Source: Octopus sinensis
Lineage: Eukaryota
Assembly (NCBI RefSeq): GCF_006345805.1
Contig: NW_021833065.1
Coordinates: forward strand, 248,001 to 312,000
Direction of reading: 5' to 3'
DNA length: 64,000 bases
In this document: one piece after another, positions 25,002 through 35,965 of the stretch
How positions within the stretch are numbered: position 1 is the stretch's first letter
How the letters are laid out: every line of letters begins with the position of its first letter
Program-made: the position numbers and the translations under genes
Notes under the pieces: model-generated
Told to the model about the DNA's origin: nothing
Database searches by the model: none
The model's input: only the letters and a program-made list of their open reading frames with translations

Positions 25002-27287
25002 CTAGTCTTGCCGGGTCTTCTCACGCACAGCATACTTCCATAGGTCTCGGTCTCTAGTCATTTCCATGGTGAGACCTAACGTCCGAAGGTCGTGCTTCAC
25101 CACCTCGTCCCAGGTTTTCCTGGGTCTACCTCTTCCACGGGTTCCCTCAACTGCTAGGGATTGGCACTTTCTCACACACCTATCTTCATCCATTCTCGCC
25201 ACATGACCATACCAGCGCAATCGTCTCTCTTGCACACAACAACTGATGCTTCTTAGGTACAACATTTCTCTCAAGGTACTAACGCTCTGTCGAGTAAGTA
25301 CACTGACATTACACATCCATCGGAGCATACTGGCTTCATTCCTCACGAGCTTACACATGTCCTCAGCAGTCACGGCCCATGTTTCACTGCCATGTAGCAT
25401 AGCTGTTCGTACACATGCATCATACAGTCTGCCTTTTACTCTGAGCGAGAGGCCTTTAGTCACCAGCAGAGGCAAGAGCTCCCTAAACTTTGCCCAGGCT
25501 ATTCTTATTCTAGCAGTTACACTTTCAGCGCACCCACCCCCACTACTGACTTGGTCACCTAGATAGCGGAAGCTATCAACTACTTCTAGTTTTTCCCACC
25601 GGAAAGTGACGGAAGTTGTTTTCTGCAGATTTTCGGAGGTCAATGCTCCAGAGCATCTGCCACATACAAAAACTATCTTCCCAGTTAGCCTACCTTTGAC
25701 ATTGCTGCACCTCTTATGTGTCCATAGCTTACACTGGGTACATCTTATAGAGTTTCTACCTACACCTTTTCTACAGATCGAGCAGGGCCATCTTCCTGAG
25801 GATATTTGTGGATTTTCTACCTTTCTACTTATTAGTACTTTGGTTTTAGCTAGGTTGACTCTAAGGCCCCTCGATTCTAAACCCTCCTTCCACACCTGGA
25901 ACTTCTCCTCCAGTTCTGATAGTGACTCAGCGATTAGAGCGAGGTCGTCAGCATAGAGGAGCTCCCAGGGGCAACCTGTCTTGAATTCCTCCACAATTGC
26001 CTGGAGGACTATGATAAATAGGAGGGGGCTGAGTACTGAACCCTGGTGGACCCCAACCTCTACTTTGAATTCTTCTGTGTACATGTTGCCAACTCTAACC
26101 TTACTTACGGCATCTCTGTACATGGCTTGCACAGCCCTCACCAGCCATTCATCTATCCCTAGTTTCCTCATTGACCACCAGATGAGGGATCGGGGGACCC
26201 TATCAAAGGCTTTCTCCATGTCAACGAAAGCCAGGTACAGGGGCTTATCTTTGGCTAGGTATTTCTCCTGCAGCTGCCTTACCAGGAATATAGCATCAGT
26301 GGTGCTTTTCCCTGGGACAAACCCAAACTGCATCTCATCTAAACTAACTCTCTCTCTAATTAGTTGGGCTATGACCCTCTCCGTAACCTTCATTACCTGA
26401 TCCAACAGTTTGATACCTCTGTAATTATTTGTATCCAGGGCATCACCTTTACCTTTGTAGCAGTTGACTAGTATGCTGCTACACCAGTCATTGGGTATGA
26501 CTCCTTCGTGTATCACCTGGTTGACTATACGGGTGACTAGGTTATAGCCGACACTGCCAGATATTTTGAGCATCTCTGCAGTAATTCCTGATGGGCCTGG
26601 GGCTTTCTCTGTCTTCATGCTTCTAATTGCCTTAGCTACCACGGAACTATCAACTCTGATAGCTGGTCCCTCTGTTGGGTCAACATTCGGCAGACTCTCT
26701 TTATCCCATTCATTTTCTTTATTCAGTAGCCTTTCATAGTGGCATCTCCAAACCTCTCTCTTTGCCTCCTCATTTAGCGCAAGTGAACCATCATCCATGC
26801 GAACACACTTCTCTCCTACCACATCACGATTCTCTCTCACACACTGTCTTGCAACACGAAATACCTCAAGTCTTTCATCCTCACGGCTCAGAACATTGGC
26901 AAATTTTTTCTTATCCGCTTCCCCTCTGGCTAAATAAACCTGTCTCCTAGCTTCCCTTTTGGCTGTCTGATACAATTCCCTGCTACCACCGTTCTTCCAG
27001 TCCTTCCAAGCCTGTCTCTTTTGTCTAATAGCCCTGTCAACCACAGTGTTCCACCACCATGTTACTCTGGGTCGAGATGGTACTTTGCTCCATCCACAGA
27101 TCTGGTCAGTGGCTGTCAGCAGATTGTCCCGTAGGAATCTCCAGTTGTCTTCCACATTAAGTGAAGCTATATCCCCTTCTATTTCGTCAGAGGCTTCGAG
27201 TAGTATGTCTCTAAATCTCTGTCCATTTGCAGGATCTTTAAGCTTCCAGACCCTTCTCCTCCAAGCTGGTCTTCTTCTGGGCAACCA
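25002..27287 (-). CDS. RTE ORF, linker plus reverse transcriptase with an embedded C4HC3 finger; endonuclease missing
   Basis: No stop across about 760 codons (ORF track). Motifs: PGPSGI, NYRGIKL, QFGFVPGKSTTDAI, FVDMEKAFDRVP, GVHQGSVLSP, LLYADD, FRYLG, HGSETW, GRGRPRKTW. The ORF-track N-terminus (27288-27389) is spurious read-through of (TA)n and flank. Confidence 0.93.
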   Translation of the reverse strand, partial: WLPRRRPAWRRRVWKLKDPANGQRFRDILLEASDEIEGDIASLNVEDNWRFLRDNLLTATDQICGWSKVPSRPRVTWWWNTVVDRAIRQKRQAWKDWKNGGSRELYQTAKREARRQVYLARGEADKKKFANVLSREDERLEVFRVARQCVRENRDVVGEKCVRMDDGSLALNEEAKREVWRCHYERLLNKENEWDKESLPNVDPTEGPAIRVDSSVVAKAIRSMKTEKAPGPSGITAEMLKISGSVGYNLVTRIVNQVIHEGVIPNDWCSSILVNCYKGKGDALDTNNYRGIKLLDQVMKVTERVIAQLIRERVSLDEMQFGFVPGKSTTDAIFLVRQLQEKYLAKDKPLYLAFVDMEKAFDRVPRSLIWWSMRKLGIDEWLVRAVQAMYRDAVSKVRVGNMYTEEFKVEVGVHQGSVLSPLLFIIVLQAIVEEFKTGCPWELLYADDLALIAESLSELEEKFQVWKEGLESRGLRVNLAKTKVLISRKVENPQISSGRWPCSICRKGVGRNSIRCTQCKLWTHKRCSNVKGRLTGKIVFVCGRCSGALTSENLQKTTSVTFRWEKLEVVDSFRYLGDQVSSGGGCAESVTARIRIAWAKFRELLPLLVTKGLSLRVKGRLYDACVRTAMLHGSETWAVTAEDMCKLVRNEASMLRWMCNVSVLTRQSVSTLREMLYLRSISCCVQERRLRWYGHVARMDEDRCVRKCQSLAVEGTRGRGRPRKTWDEVVKHDLRTLGLTMEMTRDRDLWKYAVREKTRQD

Positions 27288-27419
27288 TATATATATATAT
27301 ATATATATATATTTTATTTTATTAGTGCATGTGCATTTATATGTAAGGAAGATATTCTTGCTCAGTAATTTTATTAACATTTTACACAATTTGTAATTAT
27401 TCTCTATGTTGCTTTTAAC

Positions 27420-27647
27420 CAGTGGTTCTCAAGGATTTTTTTTACCTATAAATTCCTTTGATTCTTATTTTACTTGGCTGGACTCCCATAGCCATTCAAT
27501 GTTTTAAAAATCCTATAATATTTTTATAATTAAATTTTATTAGGTATTGTATAGAAAATTAAGATATTTTGTAAAAATGTAACAATTTTATCAACAAAAT
27601 CTTATGCAGACCCCCAAAGTCATATGGATCCTGGTTGAAAACTACTG
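27420..27647. mobile_element. hAT/Charlie-like MITE (228 bp)
   Basis: TIRs CAGTGGTTCTCAA and rc CAGTAGTTTTCAA. Flanking 8-mers cttttaac / ctttaaat match at 6 of 8, consistent with a decayed 8-bp TSD. Confidence 0.7.
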
Positions 27648-27731
27648 CTTTAAATCATCAACTAGCATCTCTGATTTTGGTTTCCTTTTCAGTTCTAGAG
27701 ATTTTCCTTTTTATCTATTACCCCCATCAGA

Positions 27732-28556
27732 TCTTTTCCATTTGGCTGCCAGCATTTCAAAAATTAAAGTTTATTAAAAATTTCAAAATTTGGCACATTA
27801 ATGTACTTTTCCAAGCTGAACTGCTGGAGTTATTTCACTTTTTCCAGAAAAAATGTTTTTAAAAAGTTGTAGAGGTTTAAAGTTTGATCATTTTTCACCC
27901 AGTTAGGAAACAGGATTTGGAAGTTGTCATTTTGTGCATGATGCACATTTTGTCGTCAGCATCCTGAAAATAGTACATGTTGTCAATATTTGTATTCTAT
28001 ACATGGAAAACAAGTAAACAACACGTCTTTTGTTGTTTGAAGCATTCAATATGCATTTAATGTGATAGCATGAACTTAAAAGATTTATCCAAAAACGTTA
28101 TTTAGCTGTTATTTTTAGCATACCTCACAACCACCTCAAAGACAAAAACAAAAGGAAAGAGTAAAACATGTTTTTTGTAGTTTTAAGCATTCAATCAATT
28201 TCTCGAACAAATCACAATTTTCGTATCTCCTGCGCCACATAAATTCACAAGCTCAGTTGTCAACAGATAGATAAAACAAGTGGTTTCAATATATTTGTCA
28301 ACATGTGCTTTCTCACAGACAAAAGAGTTCTCATGTTCTACCTGTTACTATGGAAACAGGCATGGATGCATCTGTAGTTTACCATTGGCTAAAATTGCTC
28401 AAAATTTTCAAACTTTAATTGCTAATAACTCCTTATTTATTGATTTATAACAAAAATGATTTTCATGTCATTCATTAGCCTATAAAAGTGTATCATTACA
28501 CTGAATATGAAATCAATTCGAAGAGAAATTGACACTGGCAGCCAAAACGGAAAAGA
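27732..28556. mobile_element. Putative non-autonomous DNA transposon (MITE-like, about 825 bp)
   Basis: Imperfect TIRs tcttttccatttggctgccag (27732-27752) and ctggcagccaaaacggaaaaga (28535-28556). No clear TSD; superfamily not assigned. Confidence 0.45.
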
Positions 28557-29984
28557 CCCCCCTCCCCATCATGTCAAAGTGGTAATATATATTGTTTGTA
28601 TTTAATTTTTAGTTATTTCGTCTTTTATCTTATTTCAGTCATGCTGTGGCCATGCTGGTATTTTTTTTTTTTTTTACACTGACATTTTTAGTCCTCTCCC
28701 TTTTCCCTTGCTGCTGGTTAGATAGCTAGCCTAAACCCAAATATCAAAAGAAACATATCTGCCTGGACTATATCTACTATGCAATATTGTCCTTAGCACT
28801 CTACCCTTCTTTCAGTTTCTCATTCCCTAGTTTTTGTCCTGTCTCACTCATCACCCATATAATATTTCTTCTTTCTCAAGGGTCATGTTATTCAGCCCTT
28901 CTTGATGGAATTTTGGTTATCTTCTCATTTCAGTACCATTGTCAAATTGTAATTTCCCTCTTTAAGCTATCATGAAGGCAATTTTGTTTCTGCTAATATA
29001 TTTCCTGCAGATATCAACTACAATTGTTCAAATTGAACATTCATCTCACCAGTTTCTTGGAGGGTATGCTAAGGTTGTAGGTGCTGTCACTTTTTCTCTA
29101 AACATTTTTTTTAAATGGAAAAGGAAATATAAGAAGGAACAAAATAACATCATTTGGTGAACACACATGAGTCTAAGAGTACAAGCTTACTGTGTTAGTA
29201 CCACAGTAAATAAATAAATCTATTAATTGAAGTGTAATAGAGATGAGTTTCTGGTGATAAAATCTACTTTGACCAGAATTGTATCCACTATTTAGTCTCT
29301 TAGAAAGTTACAGAAAATGTTTGTTCTTATATTTTGGTTTACAGCAACCTGATATACATTAATACAATATTGGTCTCTAAATTCCTAATGATGAGAGTTT
29401 ATAGGAATTTTGAATGTTGATCAACTTCGCCTTGCAAATCATTCCTTTCAGTACTGGAATATACTGTCAGAAACTAGGCCATATATGTACATAATCTGGT
29501 ACATTTCTGCATAATCCCTATTGGCCACTCCTAAACTATTGGTTTACTTCATCTCCAGTATTATAAAAATGTCCAACACTAACATTGAAAATATTACCTA
29601 CCAGTGCTAGAAATTTGTCATAGCCAGTAAATTACATCAAAAGCTTATTCATCTCTTATATGGGCTTGCCTGCTACATTCTTTTGACTTAACATTACTGC
29701 TACTTTTGTTCACTAAATTTTTTTTTTTTTTTGTCTTAAATTCTGTTGACATCAAAATTGTTTTCTCATTCCATTTTGGTTATCATTTAAAATTTGTTCT
29801 ATATTAATTTATATTATTTGTAGAAATTGAAAAAGCTCTGTCTTAAATACTACAATATTTTTTTATGAGTTTATTGAAAGTGTCTTCCCAATATCTAAAT
29901 GAGTACAATTCTTTCATTCTTCATGACATTTATTTGGGGATTTTTTGTGATAACATTTTTTAAATATTTTAAAAGCTTACAGTG

Positions 29985-30360
29985 TAGGCATAGGCATGGT
30001 TTTGTAGTTAAGAAGCATGCTTTGCAACCACATGATTTCAGATTCAGTCCCACCACACAGCACTGTGAATAAGTATCTTCTATAACTCCAAACTAACCAA
30101 TGCCTTGAGAGTGAATTTAGTAGGTAGAAATTATGTGGAAGCCTGGTGTATTTGCCTTTTCCATGACCACTACTTGACAACTAGTGTTAGTTTGTTTACA
30201 TCCTCATAACTTAGCAATTTGGCAAGTTCAGCAAAAAAGGCCTATAGAATAAGTACTAGACTCACAAAATAGTACTGGGGTTGATCGCTTTGATTACTAC
30301 TCTTCAAGGTGGTGCCCCAACATGACCACAGTCTAATGACTGAAACAAATAAAAGAATAT
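29985..30360 (+). mobile_element. tRNA-derived SINE (OK-like), full length, degraded
   Basis: Head ggcataggcatggttttgtagttaagaagc, core, and tail ggtggtgccccaacatgaccacagtctaatgactgaaacaaataaaaga. Confidence 0.75.
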
Positions 30361-32417
30361 ATTTTTCGTTCTAAGAAACCAGTCTTGAGACTGGCCAAAT
30401 TTGATTACTATCTCAGTCATTTATATTTGACTGATACTTATTAACATCAAATTATATTGTATGTTTTCTCCAAATGAATTTGGGAGCAAATAAAATTACT
30501 TGTTCCAATTTACTTCCAGTGAAGTAGCATTGATGCAAAACCAAACTGCATATCTCCTATTAATTCTTCATTCATTTTAAGTATACATAAAAATGAAAGA
30601 AATCCTTGTACTTATGTGTCGTCTTTGCTAGTGTAATGATATACTTTTTCTTTTATGATTTTACATTCTGACATAGATTGGTTGAGTAGATAAAGCTTTG
30701 GTAGGGTCCTTGTCGTTTATTGTCCATAGCTGTGTTTCTTAACAGTGCTTGCATTCACATGTCTTGTTCCACAATATAATGAACAGTGTACTTTGATATG
30801 TTTGTTGATCCTCTCTACTAACAAAATTTTATCTTATGTGTAACTACCACTATTTGAAATTATCAAACAACATGAATGTTTATCACATTAACCTAAATAA
30901 CTTTTATAACAACACTGCAGCAGCAGTATTTTTTCATTGAATATTTTTATTTTACATTTATATTTAGAAGAAATATGTCAAGATTTTAGTTCTAGGAAAT
31001 TTGTAGAAATTAGCATTACCAACAAACAGCACTCAGTCATTTGTAATTAGTTACATGTCACTGAACTCAGCAGCATTTCGATAAAAACTAAGCTAAATAA
31101 TCATGTTGTATTATTTACATTTTGTTGGAATATAGTTAGAAAATATGCTCAAGTTTGTTCAATGAAATTTGTAGAAATTTTACACACTGCCAACAAAAAT
31201 AAATGCAAGTGATTTTGTCTACTTTAAATTATTATCTATTTTAAATTGTTTAAAAATTCTGTTGAGAGAAGTGTCCAGCTGACAATTTTTATACATACTG
31301 TCCTTGACAATCATTTATACCCACTCTCCCATTCCTTCTTGTCAGTCATGGCTCTCTCCCCCCAATAGCTAAACACCTTACTTCCCTCACTATCTAAATA
31401 ATGGAGCCAGCTTTGGTCTACTCTTTCCTTGTGTGTGCATAGCTATGCTTATCATCTTGACTGGCAACTGCTGATCACTATTGCAGTTCTCTCTTATTGA
31501 ACTCTTTGATCTGAACAAAGCACTACCATAACCCATGGACCCTAACAGTTGGTATATCAACCCAACCCCCATTAGTCTAGGACAATTAGTTCCTTTGATA
31601 TCTAACCCTACTGTTTTATCTAAAAACAATAAGTTGTACTGTTGAGTATTCCTCCCCACCACCATCTACTTATTTCATACCCAGCTGCCACAGAAAAGCA
31701 CTGTAATGTCCTTTGCTCTGTCCACATAGCAAAAACATTATCTAGTGAAAATTCCCACAGAGACCCAAAGACATTTGAATGTAGTCCCTCTAGGATGGCA
31801 GTAACTCCCGATACTGAATTGGATGCAATGGGATACATTTAACTCTTCCATGGAAAAACATACAAAATAATGATGATTTGATATATATCTTCCGTAGTAA
31901 ATTTTTATTGACTATATTAAAGACTTAAGAATATATATATATAAACACAAATGTTCTTAGTTAAGTTGGTGTTAACAAATTGAATATTGTGGCCATTAAA
32001 AGTTAATTAAATTATTCAATGAGGAAAAGACAATATTAGTTAGTGACTGACATATTAATTATTCTGGTTGTACAGCCCCCCCCCCCCCCACGTGTTCTGG
32101 TGATATTAGATGTCATCAGTGAAACATAGATGTCACTATACTGCCATACTGGCTGAATCATTAAGAGACTCTTTAAGTAAGTGTATAATTTGTAGATATT
32201 TTAGAGAATAAATTTATATCAAGTTCTTTTTTTTACTGTAAGTTTATGATTTTTACTTGATTGTTTTTGGTATTTTAAAATCAGTTTATTCCAATATTAT
32301 CTAAATATTTGTCAGAGCTTTTGAAGTTCTATAGTTTTTCTTTTGTTTTTTTTTTAACTGATACTCTCATCATTACTATCCAGCCAACATCAATATTTTC
32401 TTTTTGTGTACTTTCAG

Positions 32418-32524
32418 GTGAATCTGGTTTGGGAAAATCTACATTGATAAATTCTCTATTTCTAACGGATTTATATTCTTCTGAGTATCCTGGACCATCA
32501 CTAAGAATTCAAAAGACTGTCAAG
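32418..32524 (+). CDS. SEPT7: Septin-7 coding exon (G1/P-loop)
   Basis: tttcag|GT GAA TCT GGT completes the phase-1 Gly and reads [35 protein letters not shown]. 107 nt; donor AAG|gttgac, phase 0. Confidence 0.95.
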
Positions 32525-33084
32525 GTTGACAAGCATTATTTATTTTTATTATTTCTATTTAAATGACAAAAAATGTTTTATGTATTTTTCACAGTGTAAT
32601 ATTTGTGTTTGATTGTCTTTTCTGAGAAAGTGCAAAGAACAAATCCCTAGTTTTTACTGATCTAGAGTATCTCATGTTTTGTTTGATAAATAATAGAAAC
32701 AAACTAAATGTGAAAGAATGACACTTTAAACAAATGTAAAGTTAGGTTTTTATGTTACATTCACTAAGAATTAACTGAAGTATTAACATGATTCATTTCT
32801 TAACCAAAAGCTATTTTAAAGAATCTCAAGAATATATTTCCATAGGAGCTTTTATATGTACATGGTTCATTTTTCATTGCATAATCAGTATACGTGCAAT
32901 AGGATAAATTTAAATATTGGAAGGATGGAATTATATCTTGTTCATCCTTCATTTCAAATATAACTCTCTGCAGAAGGAGATTAGATGCAGTGTGATAAGT
33001 TAATTATACCAATAAGAACCTGAAAATGTTTGCTGCATGCAAAATATATAACTTTTTTTTCTTTGTATTATTATTCTTATTGTT

Positions 33085-33345
33085 AAGGCTGTGAGCTGGC
33101 AAAATGCTTAGTATCATTTTGTCAATCTTTACATTCTGAGTTCAAATTCCTCTGAGACTGACTTTGCCTTTCATTTTGATGAAATAAGTACCAGTTGCAT
33201 ATTGGAAGCAATGTAATTGACTTGCCACTGTCCCCAAAAAATTTCAGGCCTTGTGCCTGTAGTAGAAAGGAACATTTTTGTAATCGACTAAGCTTGTTCC
33301 CCTAAAATTGCTGGCCTTGTAACAGAATTTGAAAGCATTATTATT
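33085..33345 (+). mobile_element. SINE (third family, aaggctgtgagctggca head)
   Basis: ctgagttcaaattcc B-box-like motif, gactttgcctttcat...aaataagtaccagttg domain, and tail ggccttgtgcctgtagtagaaagg. Confidence 0.6.
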
Positions 33346-33725
33346 ATTATTATTGAGTGAGAGAGCAGTGAATACCATCTAAGTGACACTGGGGTACAAC
33401 CATATGAAACCCTATATACCCATCATGACTACCTGCCTAATAAGGGTACACCAGGCACATGCATTACAACTATATGTGCATGTCATGGTAATCTCATATC
33501 GAAATAAACAGCACATGACCTTGCAGATGGGGCCTGGTTAGAATTTTCTTTGAGCTGGGTAGCACATCCCACTCAAAAGGTCCCTGAATAAGGGTTGTCC
33601 CACTACTTCTGCTCATGATCAGATATGCACATATCACCGGCCACTAAGGGACATGCTCAGATGGTTATGGTCAAGCAACTGACAAGCAAATCTGTGATAT
33701 TGAGCAGAATATTTGCTGTGGCCCA
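33345..33725 (-). repeat. Interspersed repeat, probably a LINE 3' UTR remnant
   Basis: Starts at an (ATT)n tail-like run, followed by locally GC-richer sequence (gagagagcagtg...gacactgggg...aagggtacaccaggcacatgcat). Class inferred, not shown. Confidence 0.4.
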
Positions 33726-35694
33726 GCTTATAACATTTCCAATCAGTTTAGATCAAAAGTTTTTATGATACTTTTGGGGTATCTTCTGTTATAATTATTC
33801 TATTAATTCAAGGAGCTGGAAATACAAAGAATGAAGTTCTTAGGCAGAGTAAATTCAATAACCGTTCATTCACAGGTGCTTCGTACAAGGGGTTTGCTTT
33901 CAGTAGCCATCTTCATAGCAGTGCATAGTTAGCTTTCTCTCCCATACACGTGAGGCTCAATAACCTCTAGAGACAATGCATATGGTATCATAGCGGGACA
34001 AAAGTCTGCTGTGAACTCCTGGCTTTGATGTCTTGCTCGGCAACAGCGTGAGAAGAATGAGAGGGAAAATGTTGTCTTTTCCTTAAATAAGGGTTGCAGA
34101 CGAGATCTCATTATTTCAAAATGGCACTGGCTTCTTTGAGCCTCGCTACACATAAATGTCTGCATAAGAGGTCGTATAGCAATATTGTGGATTACTGCAT
34201 TTGCTATTTACATTTGTCAAAATGACAATGAAGTCAGTTAAAGATAGTGTCAACTGAAAGTTGTTCTCATACTAGGGCATAGAACAAATTGATATCTTAT
34301 AGATGCGGTCAGGACAGCAGGTCAGAATATGGTTAAGTTACTTGTAGCAGAATGTCAAAGCAAGTTGAAAATGTTTTGGACATTATTATGATTTTTGTTT
34401 TCTTAAATATATATTTTTTTTATTCCCATTTGTTTGTTTGTTGGATACCTTGTAATTATAATTTATGATGTGTATTAATAGTGTAACATTGAATGAAAAA
34501 AATATATACTAAGCAGAAAATATAATGCATATTTAATATTTGTTTATTTCAATTAAAAGTATCACAACTGACTTAGACAATAGAATACCAGACTGCCAAT
34601 TGAGGAGTTGATGGTTTGTGTCATGTTACCATCAAATACTTAATGCCAAGTACCTCAGTCTGTCTAACTTTAGGTACATACTTAAAATGAAGAACATTTC
34701 CCCACCATAGCATTTGCAAGGCTGACAGATATTATGTTACCTTACACCACAGAGTTTCACCTTTCTGTAAGTACCACTTCAAGATCTGTCACATGGTAGG
34801 AGGTAGCAGTGGCAGACTTGGGTGAGACAAAGAAAGATGATGTTCAATCAGATGTATAAAATGGATAGAACTTAAATGTGGATGCCCAGTAGATCATTTC
34901 AACACCTGCTTCTTTGTTAAGCAAATTTGGACAAAATATAAAGAAAGTTGTTGACCTTTTGATTTGGAAACTATTTTTGCTTACAGTTAGCACTTAAGTC
35001 ATACAAAACAAATTGCAAGAAAAATTAATCACATCTGTATTTTTTATTTATGCTTAGGTGTTGCATTAGGTTTGAATTTAAAAAAGCTTTATTGCAACTC
35101 GCTGAAAATTAACAACATTAAGTAAATACATGTTTTCATGCCACTAAAGATATGAGTGTGCTATTTGCCAAAATGTTTTGCTGTTGTGAGAAATTGGAAT
35201 GGTCTTAAACTATTACAGTTTATTTCACTTATCTTTCTGCATCAACTTCTGTTTGGTTTATTCCTATCTCTCATGCCAGCAACTTCTCTTGTACTAGCTA
35301 CTTCTCTGATATCAGACGACTTTCATCCTCCTTTTAGCTGCCACATTGTGTCCTCCTACATGCATACACACATACACACACCCCTAATTTATATACATAC
35401 ATATATATGTGCACACATGGTAAACACTTAAATATCTAGCTCTTAGTCACTAATGTAACTTCACTAATTACAATTTTTTTATCCATTACTTCACTATGCA
35501 TATTCCTGTTTAACATGGCATTTAATAGAATTTATAAACCTAATGACTAGCAAACTAAGATATAGTCCATGATTCAGTTTAGTATTCTTCAGCTCTACTT
35601 CACTCATACGTTTGCTCTACTTAAAATGAATGAAATATATATTCTGTTGAAATAAGGAAATGACATTTCCACATTTGCTGTTAAAAGAAAATAT

Positions 35695-35910
35695 GTTTGT
35701 GACTTAATGGTTAGAGTGTTGCTCTTGTGATTTTGAGAATGTGGTTTTGATTCCTGGGCTGGGTGATTCTTTATGTTCTTAAGCAAAACACTTCATTTTA
35801 CATTGCTCCAGTTCACTCAGCTGGTAAAAATTAGTAATCCTGTGACAGAACAGCACCCCATCCAGAAGGTGAATATGTATGCCACAGAATCAGGGACACT
35901 GGCCTTATGA
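35695..35910 (+). mobile_element. tRNA-derived SINE (second family)
   Basis: A-box-like gtgacttaatggttag, B-box-like ggttttgattcc, then gcaaaacacttcattttacattgctccagttcactcagctgg. Confidence 0.65.
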
Positions 35911-35932
35911 ACATGGAAGCAACCTTTGATTC

Positions 35933-35965
<33 letters not shown>

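Larger units (their letters stand above)
24449..27287 (-). mobile_element. Young 5'-truncated RTE-clade non-LTR retrotransposon
   Basis: Open RT frame, about 550-nt 3' UTR, and a 3' end ...gcatggaaagcggacgttaaac(GAT)n. CpGs are retained. The 5' end is lost at a (TA)n run. Confidence 0.95.

Noticed and set aside
24486-25057. Overlapping ORFs with repeated peptides such as MCHRHRCQTRLADGHAR
   Set aside because: They arise from the 63-bp tandem repeat in the GC-rich LINE 3' UTR and are not proteins.
27288-27389. N-terminus MCKMLIKLL...IYIYIY of the 795-aa ORF
   Set aside because: It is read-through of flank and (TA)n. LINE homology starts at W-L-P-R, so there is no native start codon.
22755-27396. 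Plus-strand ORFs at 22755, 23469, 25246, 25606, 25981, 26675 and 27046
   Set aside because: They are antisense shadows of the RTE coding frame.
31390-31665. Minus ORF with DIKGT, faintly like a Penelope RT motif
   Set aside because: Similarity is too short to support a call.
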